A DNA stretch of 64,000 nt. It comes from Lytechinus pictus. Lineage: Eukaryota. The number at the start of each line of letters is the position of its first letter. Position 1 is the first letter of the stretch. Positions 13,401 to 25,400 of the stretch are shown piece after piece. The notes under the pieces are model-generated. The model did no database searches and was not told the DNA's origin. It was given only the letters and a program-made list of their open reading frames with translations. The position numbers and the translations under genes are program-made. Where the stretch lies: positions 18,476,001 through 18,540,000 of the forward strand of contig NC_087255.1 of assembly GCF_037042905.1 (NCBI RefSeq), read 5' to 3'.

Positions 13401-16400
13401 AAGCCGCCGTCACCTGTATTCTGGCTCTGCAGCCGAAACAAACCAACTCCACATAGTTTGATGCAGTGTTGCTGCTAGACATATCTACACTGGCAACATA
13501 CCAGAGGTGATGCTCAGCATTCAGAGGTTTATATCTCTGAGGCATTTCAAGAGCAGCTCCGGAGTTGCTGCCAAACAACACGTCAGTATAATTGCAGTAC
13601 GTGACATGTAACTAGAACATAAGTATTAGCAGACAAATGGTTGAAAATAAGACAAGATTCGAATACATACCGTCAGCTTGTACAGATCCTACTCTTTCCT
13701 CTCTACCACCATAGGAACTCGACTCATTGCCAGCCTGATAAGGATGTGCCATGTTCGGTTGTGTGTACGGACTGTGATTCAAGGAATGAGATCGTTCCTG
13801 AGGGCTACCACGGTAATGGTGTCCAAACTGAACAATGTTTGAGCCATTATTCTGGGCAACTGATTGCACATTGTTTCTGTCTATGTAGATATCTCTCCTT
13901 TGATTTGCGTTTCCAAAGTTTGTGGCACTATTATTCCGAGGGTTTGGGGGTGCTACGGGCAGCCTACAAGCTGTATGTATCCTTGAAGCGCTCCTCATGG
14001 CAGCATTTCTTCTTCCAACAGTACTTTGAGAATTAATGGTTTGTGATTGGGAATGGAATCTTTGAGAACTACCACTCTGTTGCAGCTTTTGGGCATGACC
14101 CTGATGAGGTCCAGGAAGATTTGTATTGTAGTGCTGTGACTGACAGGGCATGCCCATGTACTGTGCATTGCCATTCTGGCTCAAAACTTGAGGAATATTT
14201 TTCTGAACTCTACGTGAACTGGCATCAGTTCGATTCAGCCTCAGCCTTACTGGAACTGATCTGACCGATTGTGTCGCTGTTCGACGATCAGAGTTTTGGG
14301 CATGCCATCGAGAATCACTATCCTCTACACAAATAAGCTCAGTTTTTCCTCTCACATCTTCGCTCTGATCTGCATGAAATAAGTCTTGTGAAGCCTTTGT
14401 TTTCAGCCCTCTCTTTTGATCACCCAAAGGGACATTTTCATAAAGAAACTTAACATCCTCATCATCAGACCCAGCAGATGTAGCGAGTATCTCTTGTAGA
14501 GACTGTATATCTGCATCATGTTCATAACCTAAATGATTTCCTGCCTGTTGATTTAGCAAGCTTTGAGCAGTGTCCATAACCTTGCTTGAATGCACTGCAA
14601 CTGGATTATCATTTACACATGAATCATCAGAGAGCACAACAAGGTTTGGGTCATGGAGAGCCACTCCTGGATGATTGTATGAAGTGCTGGGTTGGGAACT
14701 ATCCGGCCAGGTGTCCATACCATCGTCGCAACTGAATTCAGATTTGATTCGAATGATGACAGGGCCATCAAGATCCGCCTGGAAATCCCTCTCCTCACCA
14801 GGAAAGGTTACAGGTGAAGAATTTTTATCCATAGCGGAAGATTCATTGGCCTCTTCGTGGACGACATTAGATCCATCAAACTTACGTGTTCCTTGCACAA
14901 TACTCTCAGAATTCTCTTTCTCAGCTGTGCCAAGTTCACATGAATCTGGTGATGTCTTCAACGGAGACGGATCACCTTCTTCCCCATTTGCAACATTACA
15001 ACTAGCTTGATCATCATGCCTTAACTCTTGTTCTTGTTCTGAATTATTTGGTGGACTAGCAGTATCACTATTTTGTTCAGCATCATTTTCAACTCTGTTA
15101 TTTTGCACAGAAGTATGGCCATGGCTGGAAATTACATCAAGGTCACCAAGATCACCACAGTTGTCTGCGCCGCTGTCTGGGCACCTAGAATCCGGCTGAA
15201 AATCGGAAGCAGAAAGACGCTCCTCTGGATTTTCATCATTATCAGGTTGTTCTGGACTTTGACAGCGGTCACTTCTGGTGTCACAGTTATCAAGCGTCTG
15301 TTGGCCATCACTTGTTCCATCCAGATGACCTTGACGCTCCATTAGTCCTTCATCCAATTCACTTTCTCCTTCAATCCTTCTTTCATTGAGGTCTCCTTGG
15401 TTACTCTTCCATCTTCTGAAGCTGTCACGGTCCATTCCAGAGGGGCCTCCAAATTGTTGCATTCTTTTCCTCCTGGGCCTAGGGGTTGGTTTTTGCAGGG
15501 TTGAGCTGGACATCTTGACCAGTTTGTGCAAAACTGTGATCACATTTCCCAAACAACCTTCTAGTTGCTGAATGCGGAGGTACAAGGAACTCTGGGGAAA
15601 AATACAAAAGAATACTTGTTACAACCTTGAAACCAACGATTCCGTCTCAAATGCTGTAACACCCCCCATGAAAAAAAAAGCTCTTCCATTTTGGAGGGCA
15701 AGGCAATTTTTTGACACACGAGTAGAAATCTCAGAATTTGTTATAATATGAAGGGCACCATGGCAATTTCTATGGTTTTATCAAGGACAACCAGGCACAT
15801 TCCAAAGTTGGCATTGACACCGTAGCAACTTTCAATCCCTACAAAAAAGGTAGACTACACATGGTCAAAAATGTGTAGACTAACATTTAGCTAAAGAGAA
15901 TAGATTGAATAGTCATGTTAAAACCACAGCAAATTAACTGGCTTGCATTCTTATACATGTAGCATTGCTCTCATAGAAAGTCCAGAAAACATGTTAATGC
16001 ACCAATTTCATATGCATGTATTCAACAACAAACATTGCTTTTAACAATTGCTGATCACACTGATATCATGAGTATAATGAGTGAGAGAAGTGAAGTGGAA
16101 TGAAACCTGAGATTTTTCTTTTTAGCACGTTTTTGGCAACCCAGTGTTTTAGTCTTATAAATGTACTGGGTTTACGCTTGCTGTGGGGAAAAAATGCCTC
16201 TTCTATTTCTTTACAGGGACTTTAACAGCTGAGACAGAACTTGGAAATTGATTTTGAAAGTGGAACAACTCATTTTGTGTCAAATTTGTTGCTGACACAG
16301 TCCCCCCCACCCACGTGTGTTTGGCAATACAATGTGAAGATTCATCCTGGCGCTCATGCAAACAACCTGGCTCTTTGTTAAATTTGCACAATCGAGATTG

Positions 16401-19400
16401 ACATTTATGTTTCTTTCAATTGTTCCCCCCAAAACACAAATCTTTATTTGTGTTGTGTGAGTTGTGATAGACTTCTTCAAATGTTAGTCAAACCTTTGGG
16501 GGCAGGAGGGTTGCCAAATACTGATTTTTTACTTTGCTGTGATAAACTTTCAATTCTGTAAGTCAGATCTTTTCTTAGCTTGGGTTCCTTTATTTTTGGT
16601 AAATGGAAATAAAAAGAAATTATAAGATATCATTTACCTGATCATGTAATTTAGCTGATGCATCCTGAAGCAACCTTTCCAGATCAGCAGTATCACTTCT
16701 CATTGTGTTCTCTGTTGGGTGGTCAAAGGAAGTTGGAATGTCATGTCCACCAAAGGATCCAAAGTTTGAGCGATTATCGGAAAATCTTTCTCTCTTTCTC
16801 CATCTATATTCTCTTTGGCTTTGATATTGAGATGGGTAAAATGCATCATCCTCCTCCTCTTCTTCTTCTTCCTCCTCCTCATCATCAAATTCAAAACTCA
16901 AATCGTCAAAGTCATGCCCATTCAAGTCAATAGAATTATAAGAAATGTCGGGATGCCCCTTGTCAGAGAAACACGGATCCTTATTACTATCATGAAAACG
17001 TGCCTTCTGTCTCCGATAAATGTATCTATGTGGTATTCTTTCATGTTTATCACTCAAGTGCCCCTGCACAGTCTTGCAACTTTTAGGTGACCAACCAGCC
17101 TTTTTAGCTTGAAGGTGAACGCTTGGACCACCTTCATTGGAAGAACTGTTCCTCTGCAGGTGATTCTGCACAGGCACTTCTTCATTGGCTGTATGGTTAC
17201 TCTCCCGACTAAGAGCAAATGCGGTCCTACAATCCGGTGACATTTCTGAGGTTGCTGCGGCTGATACAACAAAATGTTTTCTTTTAGATGGATGCATAAT
17301 TGCAGCAGAGTAAGAGTTACTACGTTTCTTTTTGGCAGGTCTCTGGAACGGGGCACCTTGAGAAACACAAACACGGCCTTCCCACTTGGAAGATGAGCCC
17401 AACCCCTGGGGTTTGTGGAGGCATGCCTGGTGTCCACTCCGGGCCTTTCCAGAACCCTGTGAAAGTGATGAAAAGGAAATGTTAATTAAGGTGATTAAGG
17501 CAAAATTTTAAGGAAAAAATATGAAAGAAACTACGTACATGTACAGCACACAGGCAGAAGGAGTAATAGAAATTTGGAATGCAGTACCAACGAGATATTC
17601 TTTTCTTTATTCCATCATTTCTATCTTATTTCTTCAAAAATCAACATACATATGCATTTACCCCTTGATAATACCCCTGAAGATAATTTCATGCTTTAGT
17701 TGTCATGTCTTTGAAAAAGTATAAGGAACATATTTTTTTATCCATGCCAAGCTTCAATGTCTTTGGCCCATCTTCATCATTCTCTTTGGGTGGTTGATCT
17801 ATTTTGGAATTTTGATTTTGCAATTATTAATATCATTGAATTGAATCGAATTATTTGTGAATTATAACTTAATCCTTCCTCTTGAAAAGCAGGCAAAAAA
17901 AAATTTTAATTAAATTTTCTAAAATAAAAGGTACTGTATGTAAAACAAATAATTGGAAACCTGAGAAAAAATATATACATGTATTTCAAATCAATTCTAA
18001 AAAGACCTAAGTTCAAAAAGAAAGATTAAGGGTAGCTCTAAAAAGATTTTAGGTATCCAGGATTTTGCAAAATATTTCCAATTACATTTTGAAAAGATCT
18101 TTGGTAAACATTCATTTGGTAAAGATTTTGAGTATACAGGAGAATTAAGTTTTGAAATGATCTTCAATAAACAGTAGTTTGGAAAAGATTTTCAGTAAAG
18201 TTGTGAAAATATATGCAGTATACTACAGTTCTAAAAAGAAATAGAATACAGTTCTGAAGAGAAGAATTCTGTAAACCATCAACTTGTCAGATTCCGGTTT
18301 AAGATCCTGCATAAACTCCAAATTACATTTTCTTTTTTTTTTAAGTTCGGTGATACATGTACAGTATGTAAAATGGACACTGCACATGTATGTATTCGAA
18401 TCATTCCCGATCAACCGATTCACAAAATCAAGTAAAGTTTTGAAGAAAAGGCAACTGAAAATTAAATTCCAGCTCCCATTCAGCCTGTGTGCTGCAGATG
18501 CATATGAACATTTTGATTAATAGCAGACAGAGAGAAGAGTTACAAAATGTCAGAAGATAACATTAAAAGAAGAAACCACTCTATATGCTGAGGATTAATG
18601 TACAGGTAGAAAGTTTCATTCTGATAAAATCAAGTCCGTGATGCACTTCCATCAACAAAACATAACGTCAGAAAGTGGCTTGGATTCCAAGGCCAGACTA
18701 CACAGGTCCATGGCAAGAATTGAGCAAAAAACAAACTGTTAATTTTTATTATTTTAAAATAGTCCAGGGCAATTTCACATTCACTTTTTATTTTTTTAAG
18801 TGTTCAAAGCAAGCAAATGATGAGACATTTGCAAGGGTAATGGTAGCATAGTTCATTTGAGCTCTTGGGTATGATAGATTTGAATGTTCTGTGATACAGT
18901 TCTTTAAACAGTTTATTATCTGTGTTGGTACCAAGAGCTTTTTTCTCAAAAAGTTCACTTTAAATGGGTTTCCACTAAATGCTAGTCACACTCACGTCCT
19001 TTCCATATAAAATGGCTTTCCGTGGCACAATCTCCAAATTTCAGTGTTCCTCTGCGCAGTGTGGCTGAAATCACAGGATCCAATTTCAGAGCAAGAAGGA
19101 TGCTGTCGCACCTACAGATGCACTTACTGATGGTCTCAGCGTACACTTCCACTTTGTAAGGCACATGAAGGCTGCTTCCTCATCAGCACAACAGCACTGA
19201 TACTCACAGGACTGATCATACATCTCTCCATTGCATAATTTGCATCATAAAGCACTTCAGTGGTCCTCCAGGACATTGTAGACTTTGATGACTGACGATA
19301 TCCAGCAAGCACACTTTTGTAATAGAAGATTGCTGACAGTTGCCGACGCTTCATCCAATGCACAAACACTGGATTTCCACCATATCCATATCTGACTTCC

Positions 19401-22400
19401 GTATGGCAAAGTTCATCCGCTTCCAACAAATTTCACCTGTCCAGTACTAACTTTAAATTTTGCATATATATTCAGACATATTACATGTATATATTCATAC
19501 ATGATGACTATCTATAGACAATTTAAAAGCATGACAAAGGATTTTGTTTACAAAATAATTTATAGAAGTATGGTAATCTTTACAAATCAAATATCACAAA
19601 TTTCAAGCTAACATGATTTACAATTCAAATGTCATTCATTAATAAAGCACATCTATTCACATGAATTTTCCTGATGTTTTATTGTCACATTATGAATCAT
19701 ATCTACCATACCTATGAACATCATCTCCTTCACAATTCTCCTTTCATTCAACCCAAACTCAACCACTCTAAAGCGATTCCATAAGTCACATTTTCTTTCA
19801 AATCCTTATAACTTGGCTGCATCATAACAGCTGTAGACCATATTGAAATTGAATGTGAGCAAGTAACCTTTTGTTGGGTTTTCTTTTTTTTGTCCCTTAT
19901 GATTGGTCTCTTTAGAATGGTAACACGACATCTGCTCCTACTACAATTGCTCCGGTCCTAATATCTCAGCGGGCACAGGGTTTAATAGAGTTAGAAATGT
20001 AATAGAGTTTTTGGTTCAGAATAATGTAATAAGGATTAGGGTTTATTTAGTTTTCGGAGATTAGGTTATATATCCTTGGCTTAACGTGCAGAGTTTCCAT
20101 CGGAGCAATTGTCGCTGTAGCAAATGTTATGGAACCCTTTAGAATAGGAGAATTACATTTCATTGAAAGAATAGACTGCCTTTTTATACATTTAAAAAAA
20201 AATCAAAGTGATCCACAACAACTTTGGAACAAAGGGAATTGTTGGGGTACAACATGCAATACTTAAATTGATTATGACGCAAGAACTGAAGAATTGACTG
20301 GATTGCAAGGAAATTCTTATCACCTGATAATCGCTTCTCCATTTTTTTAAACACTTTCTTCACTTCTTGCTCAACCTGTGTATATCACTCTGCATACATG
20401 TAGTAGGTCTCTCCCTCTCTGTCTGCTCATCTCTCTTTCTTTCTCTGTCGGTCTCTCTATTTCTCTTTCTTCCACCTCCCCCCTTCTCTCTGTTTCTATC
20501 ACCCTCCCTCCTTCAACAGCCAGCTTCCTCTTATACTCTTGTACCACCGTCGCATCAACAGATGCACACACCAACAAACCCTTACCTTAGCTTTGGCAAG
20601 GGAAATGTTCTCGTGGTTGTTGCTCTTGATGAGGAAGTAGCGAGCATCCCTGAACAGGTACTTCATCTTAGCTGTCTGATCTCCTATAATGGGTCACAAA
20701 CATATAATAATAGGCATTCATATAGCGCCATCTATCTCGAAATATTCTATTCCGAGGTGCGTTGTTATTATTATTACCCCGGCTTTAGCTCAAGCTGCCT
20801 TTCAGCGCTCATGCATTCAAGGAATTGATCCTGCCGGGTACCCATTCACCTCACCTGGGTTGAGTGCAGCACAATGTGGATGAATTTCTTGCTGACGGAA
20901 ATTACACCATGGCTGGGATTCGAACCCAAGACCCTCTGTTTCAAAGTCAGAAGACTAATCCACCGGGCCACAACGCTCCACATATGGGTATTAATTGCAG
21001 ACTTGCCAACATTTGAAATGCAGAAAACTGACCCAATTATTGTGAGGGGGCAGAGCGACAGAGAGGGGGGGGGGTCCCCCCTCCCACGTTAGGAAGCTTT
21101 TGCATTTTTGGCCTTACATTTGTGCAATCTGGTGCATACCTTGAGAGAAAATTCAGCATCAAGAATTACTGTACCTGGGTGCGTTACATACATGTATGAT
21201 TTGCTCAACCAGAATACAGAAATGGATAACTGGATATATTTTTTTAAATATATTAATCATTGAAACACTAATATATTGTTGTTGGGCTGTTAAAATCCTG
21301 CATCTCAAAATTCAAACGATGATAACTATGCTATAAAATTATATCTATGCATTATAGAAATGAACAATACCATTGAAATAAGCTTCATTTCTTTTGTTCA
21401 TATGGCTGGTCAAACAGAATCAACAAAGTACGCCAGCACTGGTTGTCAACTTGAGCAGAGAAAAGGTACAGCAGGGAAAAATTTACACGGGGGGCTGGGG
21501 GCGATTTATCCCCGGATAATGCTCAAAAGAGCCCTGAAAACTAAAAAAATATGAATAAATAAAAAAATAGGCTCCTGGAAATCCCCATTTATCGCAATGT
21601 TAAACTTGTCCAATGTTGCAGATTTAGACAGTAAGTTATAAAAAGAACCACCCCCCCCAAAAAAAATAATAAAAATAAACAAATACTTTTTTGCTCGAGG
21701 TACACTTCCATTACGTAAAATCCAACAATAAACAAGAGCTTCCGACTCCTATATCAAAATCAAACATGACATTACCTCCTTTCACTTCATTAACGGATGA
21801 GGACAGTTTGGCTTTCTTGCCGTTCTCGTCTGCAAAAAACAAAGGAAAAATTCCAAGAATATCAACATCTAGTTATCTTGAACAATATTAGTCAGCTCTG
21901 AGTCAACGGCAGTTGGTGAAACGTCATGACCACAGAGAATTTATAGTTTTTACTTTGCAATGTTCACATTTCCGATAAGATTTCAAAACAGACTAATATT
22001 AAACATAAACAAAAGGAAAAGAATAATGAATTACTCACCTATTAATTAAAGTATTGTAAATTATAGTTTGAATGATAATTATATCAGTTAGTGATAGATT
22101 TAAACAACTTCACATGATCATACAAGTATTTTCTGAAGTATTATTTCGGAATGTTTGCATGAAAGTTTAGATTTTGGAAATTTTATACTCATCTATGTTT
22201 TATACAAGTCTTAATTCAAGGAGAATGAGGGTACAAGTTAACTTGTGTAAAAACAGAAATATCAAAGAAGAAAAAAAACAGTGAAATTTTGAGAAAAATT
22301 TAACAAAATAATAGGAAAGTAACCAGTATTTCTATGTTGATAATGTTGTGGACATCCTCCCATTGGCAATGAGGCAAACATGTGTTACATTACAGCTGTA

Positions 22401-25400
22401 CAACTCACCAATTACTTTTCTTAAAATTTTACTTGAATTGTCACTTTTGTCATGTCCATCTACAGATCGGGTCTTTTGGTTTTTTGTTTTTTTTTTGGGG
22501 GGGGTTTTCATGGAAGGACATGTAAAAGAGGTTTCGTAAAATAAAATCATGGACAAAGAGTTTGTACTATCATAGAATAAGATAAAAATATATATATTTG
22601 GGGTATATTTTCAGTGTTACAAAGGGAAGAGTTAAACTTCTGTGACTTCACAAATCTTGGTTTACACTGTATATTTCTTATGCTTTCTGTATTAATGATT
22701 AAAAAAACCTATGCTGTCATCATTCCAAAACAGTTATTACTTGTTGAAATACCATTAACGCTGATACATTGAACCTCTAATTAGTGCAAAATTATGGTAT
22801 CTTGTATTTGAACCACAATTTTAGACCAGTTTTCAAATTACAGCTAAATGGACCATTGATTTGTATTATTATTATTATCATTATTTGATAAGAACTTCTC
22901 CAGATCATTTGTTACATTCCACTTGAAGAAATGGACTTACCATCAGAATCCGAAATATCCTGTCCTTCATACACAATTGGAGAGAACTGACGTTTTCTGT
23001 CCCTTCTAGACTGTTGTCTGTTGTCATGGTCACTATCTGCGTCATCTGTACACAAAGAAAGATTTGACTCGTGAAAATCAATCCCAATGAAAATCACTTT
23101 TTATGTAATTCCCTTGAATAATTACTGTATGACATATTGATAACCAATCCAGCCTAGAATAACAAGCATACATTGCAATTGCAGAAACCCCTTTTCTGGA
23201 TAAGAATCAACATTTAGCAAAATTCACTAAATTAGGGAAATTTTCATCAAAGTCACACTCTGCAACTTTGAAATAAATCACCAAACAAACCTAAAAAAAA
23301 ATATTATAAAGAACCTGGGCTGGTATTCAATTCAATACTTAACCGATAATTTTAAGTATTTTACTCAGTATTCTGCTTAAGTAATAAACTTATCAATTTT
23401 TGGTATTCAATTGTCTTTTTGGCTAAGTATTTTGCTGAAATCTAGGTCATCCCACACCCAGCTTAAGTCTGGCTTGTGTGTACTTTACAAATGTACAAGC
23501 ATGCAGTCATACATCTTGTGCACTGGTAGGTACATAAATTGCACAATGGGCATTTTTTGGCTTAGACGTTATGACGTCACAATGGTTTTTAGTAACTATT
23601 TTTAATAAAGTTGACTTGATAAAGTAAAATACTTAGAAGTGATTTGAATATGAGTTCAAGCATTTTGCTTAGCCAAGTAAAATGCTACGTAAAATACTTT
23701 CTCCATCAATACTCTCACTTAAATACCATCCCTCATCATCAACTAACCAATCTGACTGCCTGAAGAAGTAGAGCTTGCTTCGCTCCTCACGTCAAAGGTG
23801 TCGCTGAAATCAGGTGGCTCCATGTCTCCGTCTCCGTTAGCCTCTCCTTCAACAACGTTGCTCTCGTCCTCTTCTTCGATAGCTTCCTCCTCGTTCTCCT
23901 CTTCTTCCTCTTGTTCTTCGTCCTGCCCGTCGGCACCTTCCTTGCTGATCTCAACGTCTGGAATAGCTTCAGTGGATATCTCTGCAGAATTGTCAACGTC
24001 TTTTATGTGGTCGTCTGAATCAAAGATAAGGAGTGGTTAGATTCTTTTTACACTTATAAAGGAATGGCAATTTGACTAACTGTCCAGTATACACAAGGTT
24101 TTCCAGCCTTTTTATATCTTTCCTTCTTGTAAAAATCAAGCATTATATAATGAACAGGATGTACATGACAAGTGCATAGTTTCAAGACAACCAAATAATC
24201 CCCTCTTAGATCTTTCCTGCATACTAATCCAGCTGTTGTTTCCTTACTGTAGCTTGGACAAGTTCTAATCCACCTTTTGTCACTTTGCATGCCTAAATCC
24301 ACTACACATTTTATACCCCTTTCTCCAATCAAACATTTGGTGGGTCTGGGCAATATTTTGGATAAAGAGTATTCGAACCATCTGGTAAGCAATTTACAAA
24401 GCTTAACAAAGTGTCAAAAACTAAGAAATGGAAAAAAATGACAACTATTTACTCCTTGAAATGTGATGTAATATCATAGGCTTGTTTTCTCTTGTTTTGT
24501 CATTTTATTTAATTTTTCTAATTAGTAAGAGAGTTCTTTAATAGATTCACTTACCTTCAGTTACTTCCATAGGAGTCTCAGAATCTTCTGGGGCCTTTGT
24601 AAAAAAAAAAGAACAAATTCATGAGAGCAAAAACGCACATTCTCTAAAGATTGGACATTTAGATCTGAAACAACTGGGCATCTGCTGGATGTAATCAAGT
24701 ATCAAAGCAATATTTCCTTGTAAAGATATTTACTGGGCCCCGTCTTACAAAGAGTTACGATTGATCCAATCAATCGTAACTCTATGGAAATCCACCAGGG
24801 TCGTAATTTTTTCTACAGGAAATTTGCACAATGTCCTTTGTAACCAAAGAGAAGCACAGTGAATTTTCAAGAAAACGATAAATGCATGAATATACATCAT
24901 AGTTAGAAAATATTTTGAACAAACATGCATAACAGATGTTGAAGTTGCTGGCCGTCCATAGTTGCAATTGATCGGATCAATCGCAACTCTTTGTAAGACA
25001 GGGCCCAGATCATCTCTCACTCCACTCTTATCATGCATACATCAAATATTTGGGTTTTACTTTCATGTGTTCTGGAGTACATGTAGCAAAGAAAATACAT
25101 ATAAGATTTTTGCAACAAAAAAAAGCCTGCTCAATATTCATGAAAATAAAATCCCCAATATTATTTTCCACTATTATGATATCATCAGGTTAATATATAA
25201 AGTGACTTGGATATGTGATTCATGTAGTCATATCATGATTATAAAAAAGCTCATTTTTTACATTTAATAAAAAATGTAATTAACTTAATGATTTTCAATC
25301 TATTAAGATGTGCTTTAAATGCAAAATATTTGTAGCTTTACATGCGACACATGAATTATGTGATTGTGAATACCCACTTACACCTATTGCAGTTGATAGA

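Noticed and set aside
13207-13581. 124-aa minus-strand ORF in the BEN cassette intron
   Set aside because: No recognisable domain or convincing splice sites, and the cassette reads through without it.
13612-15585. Stand-alone intronless 657-aa gene
   Set aside because: The ORF begins at TTG and is bounded by splice sites (15591, 13671) that join in phase to flanking exons. The hydrophobic ORF tail is intron read-through.
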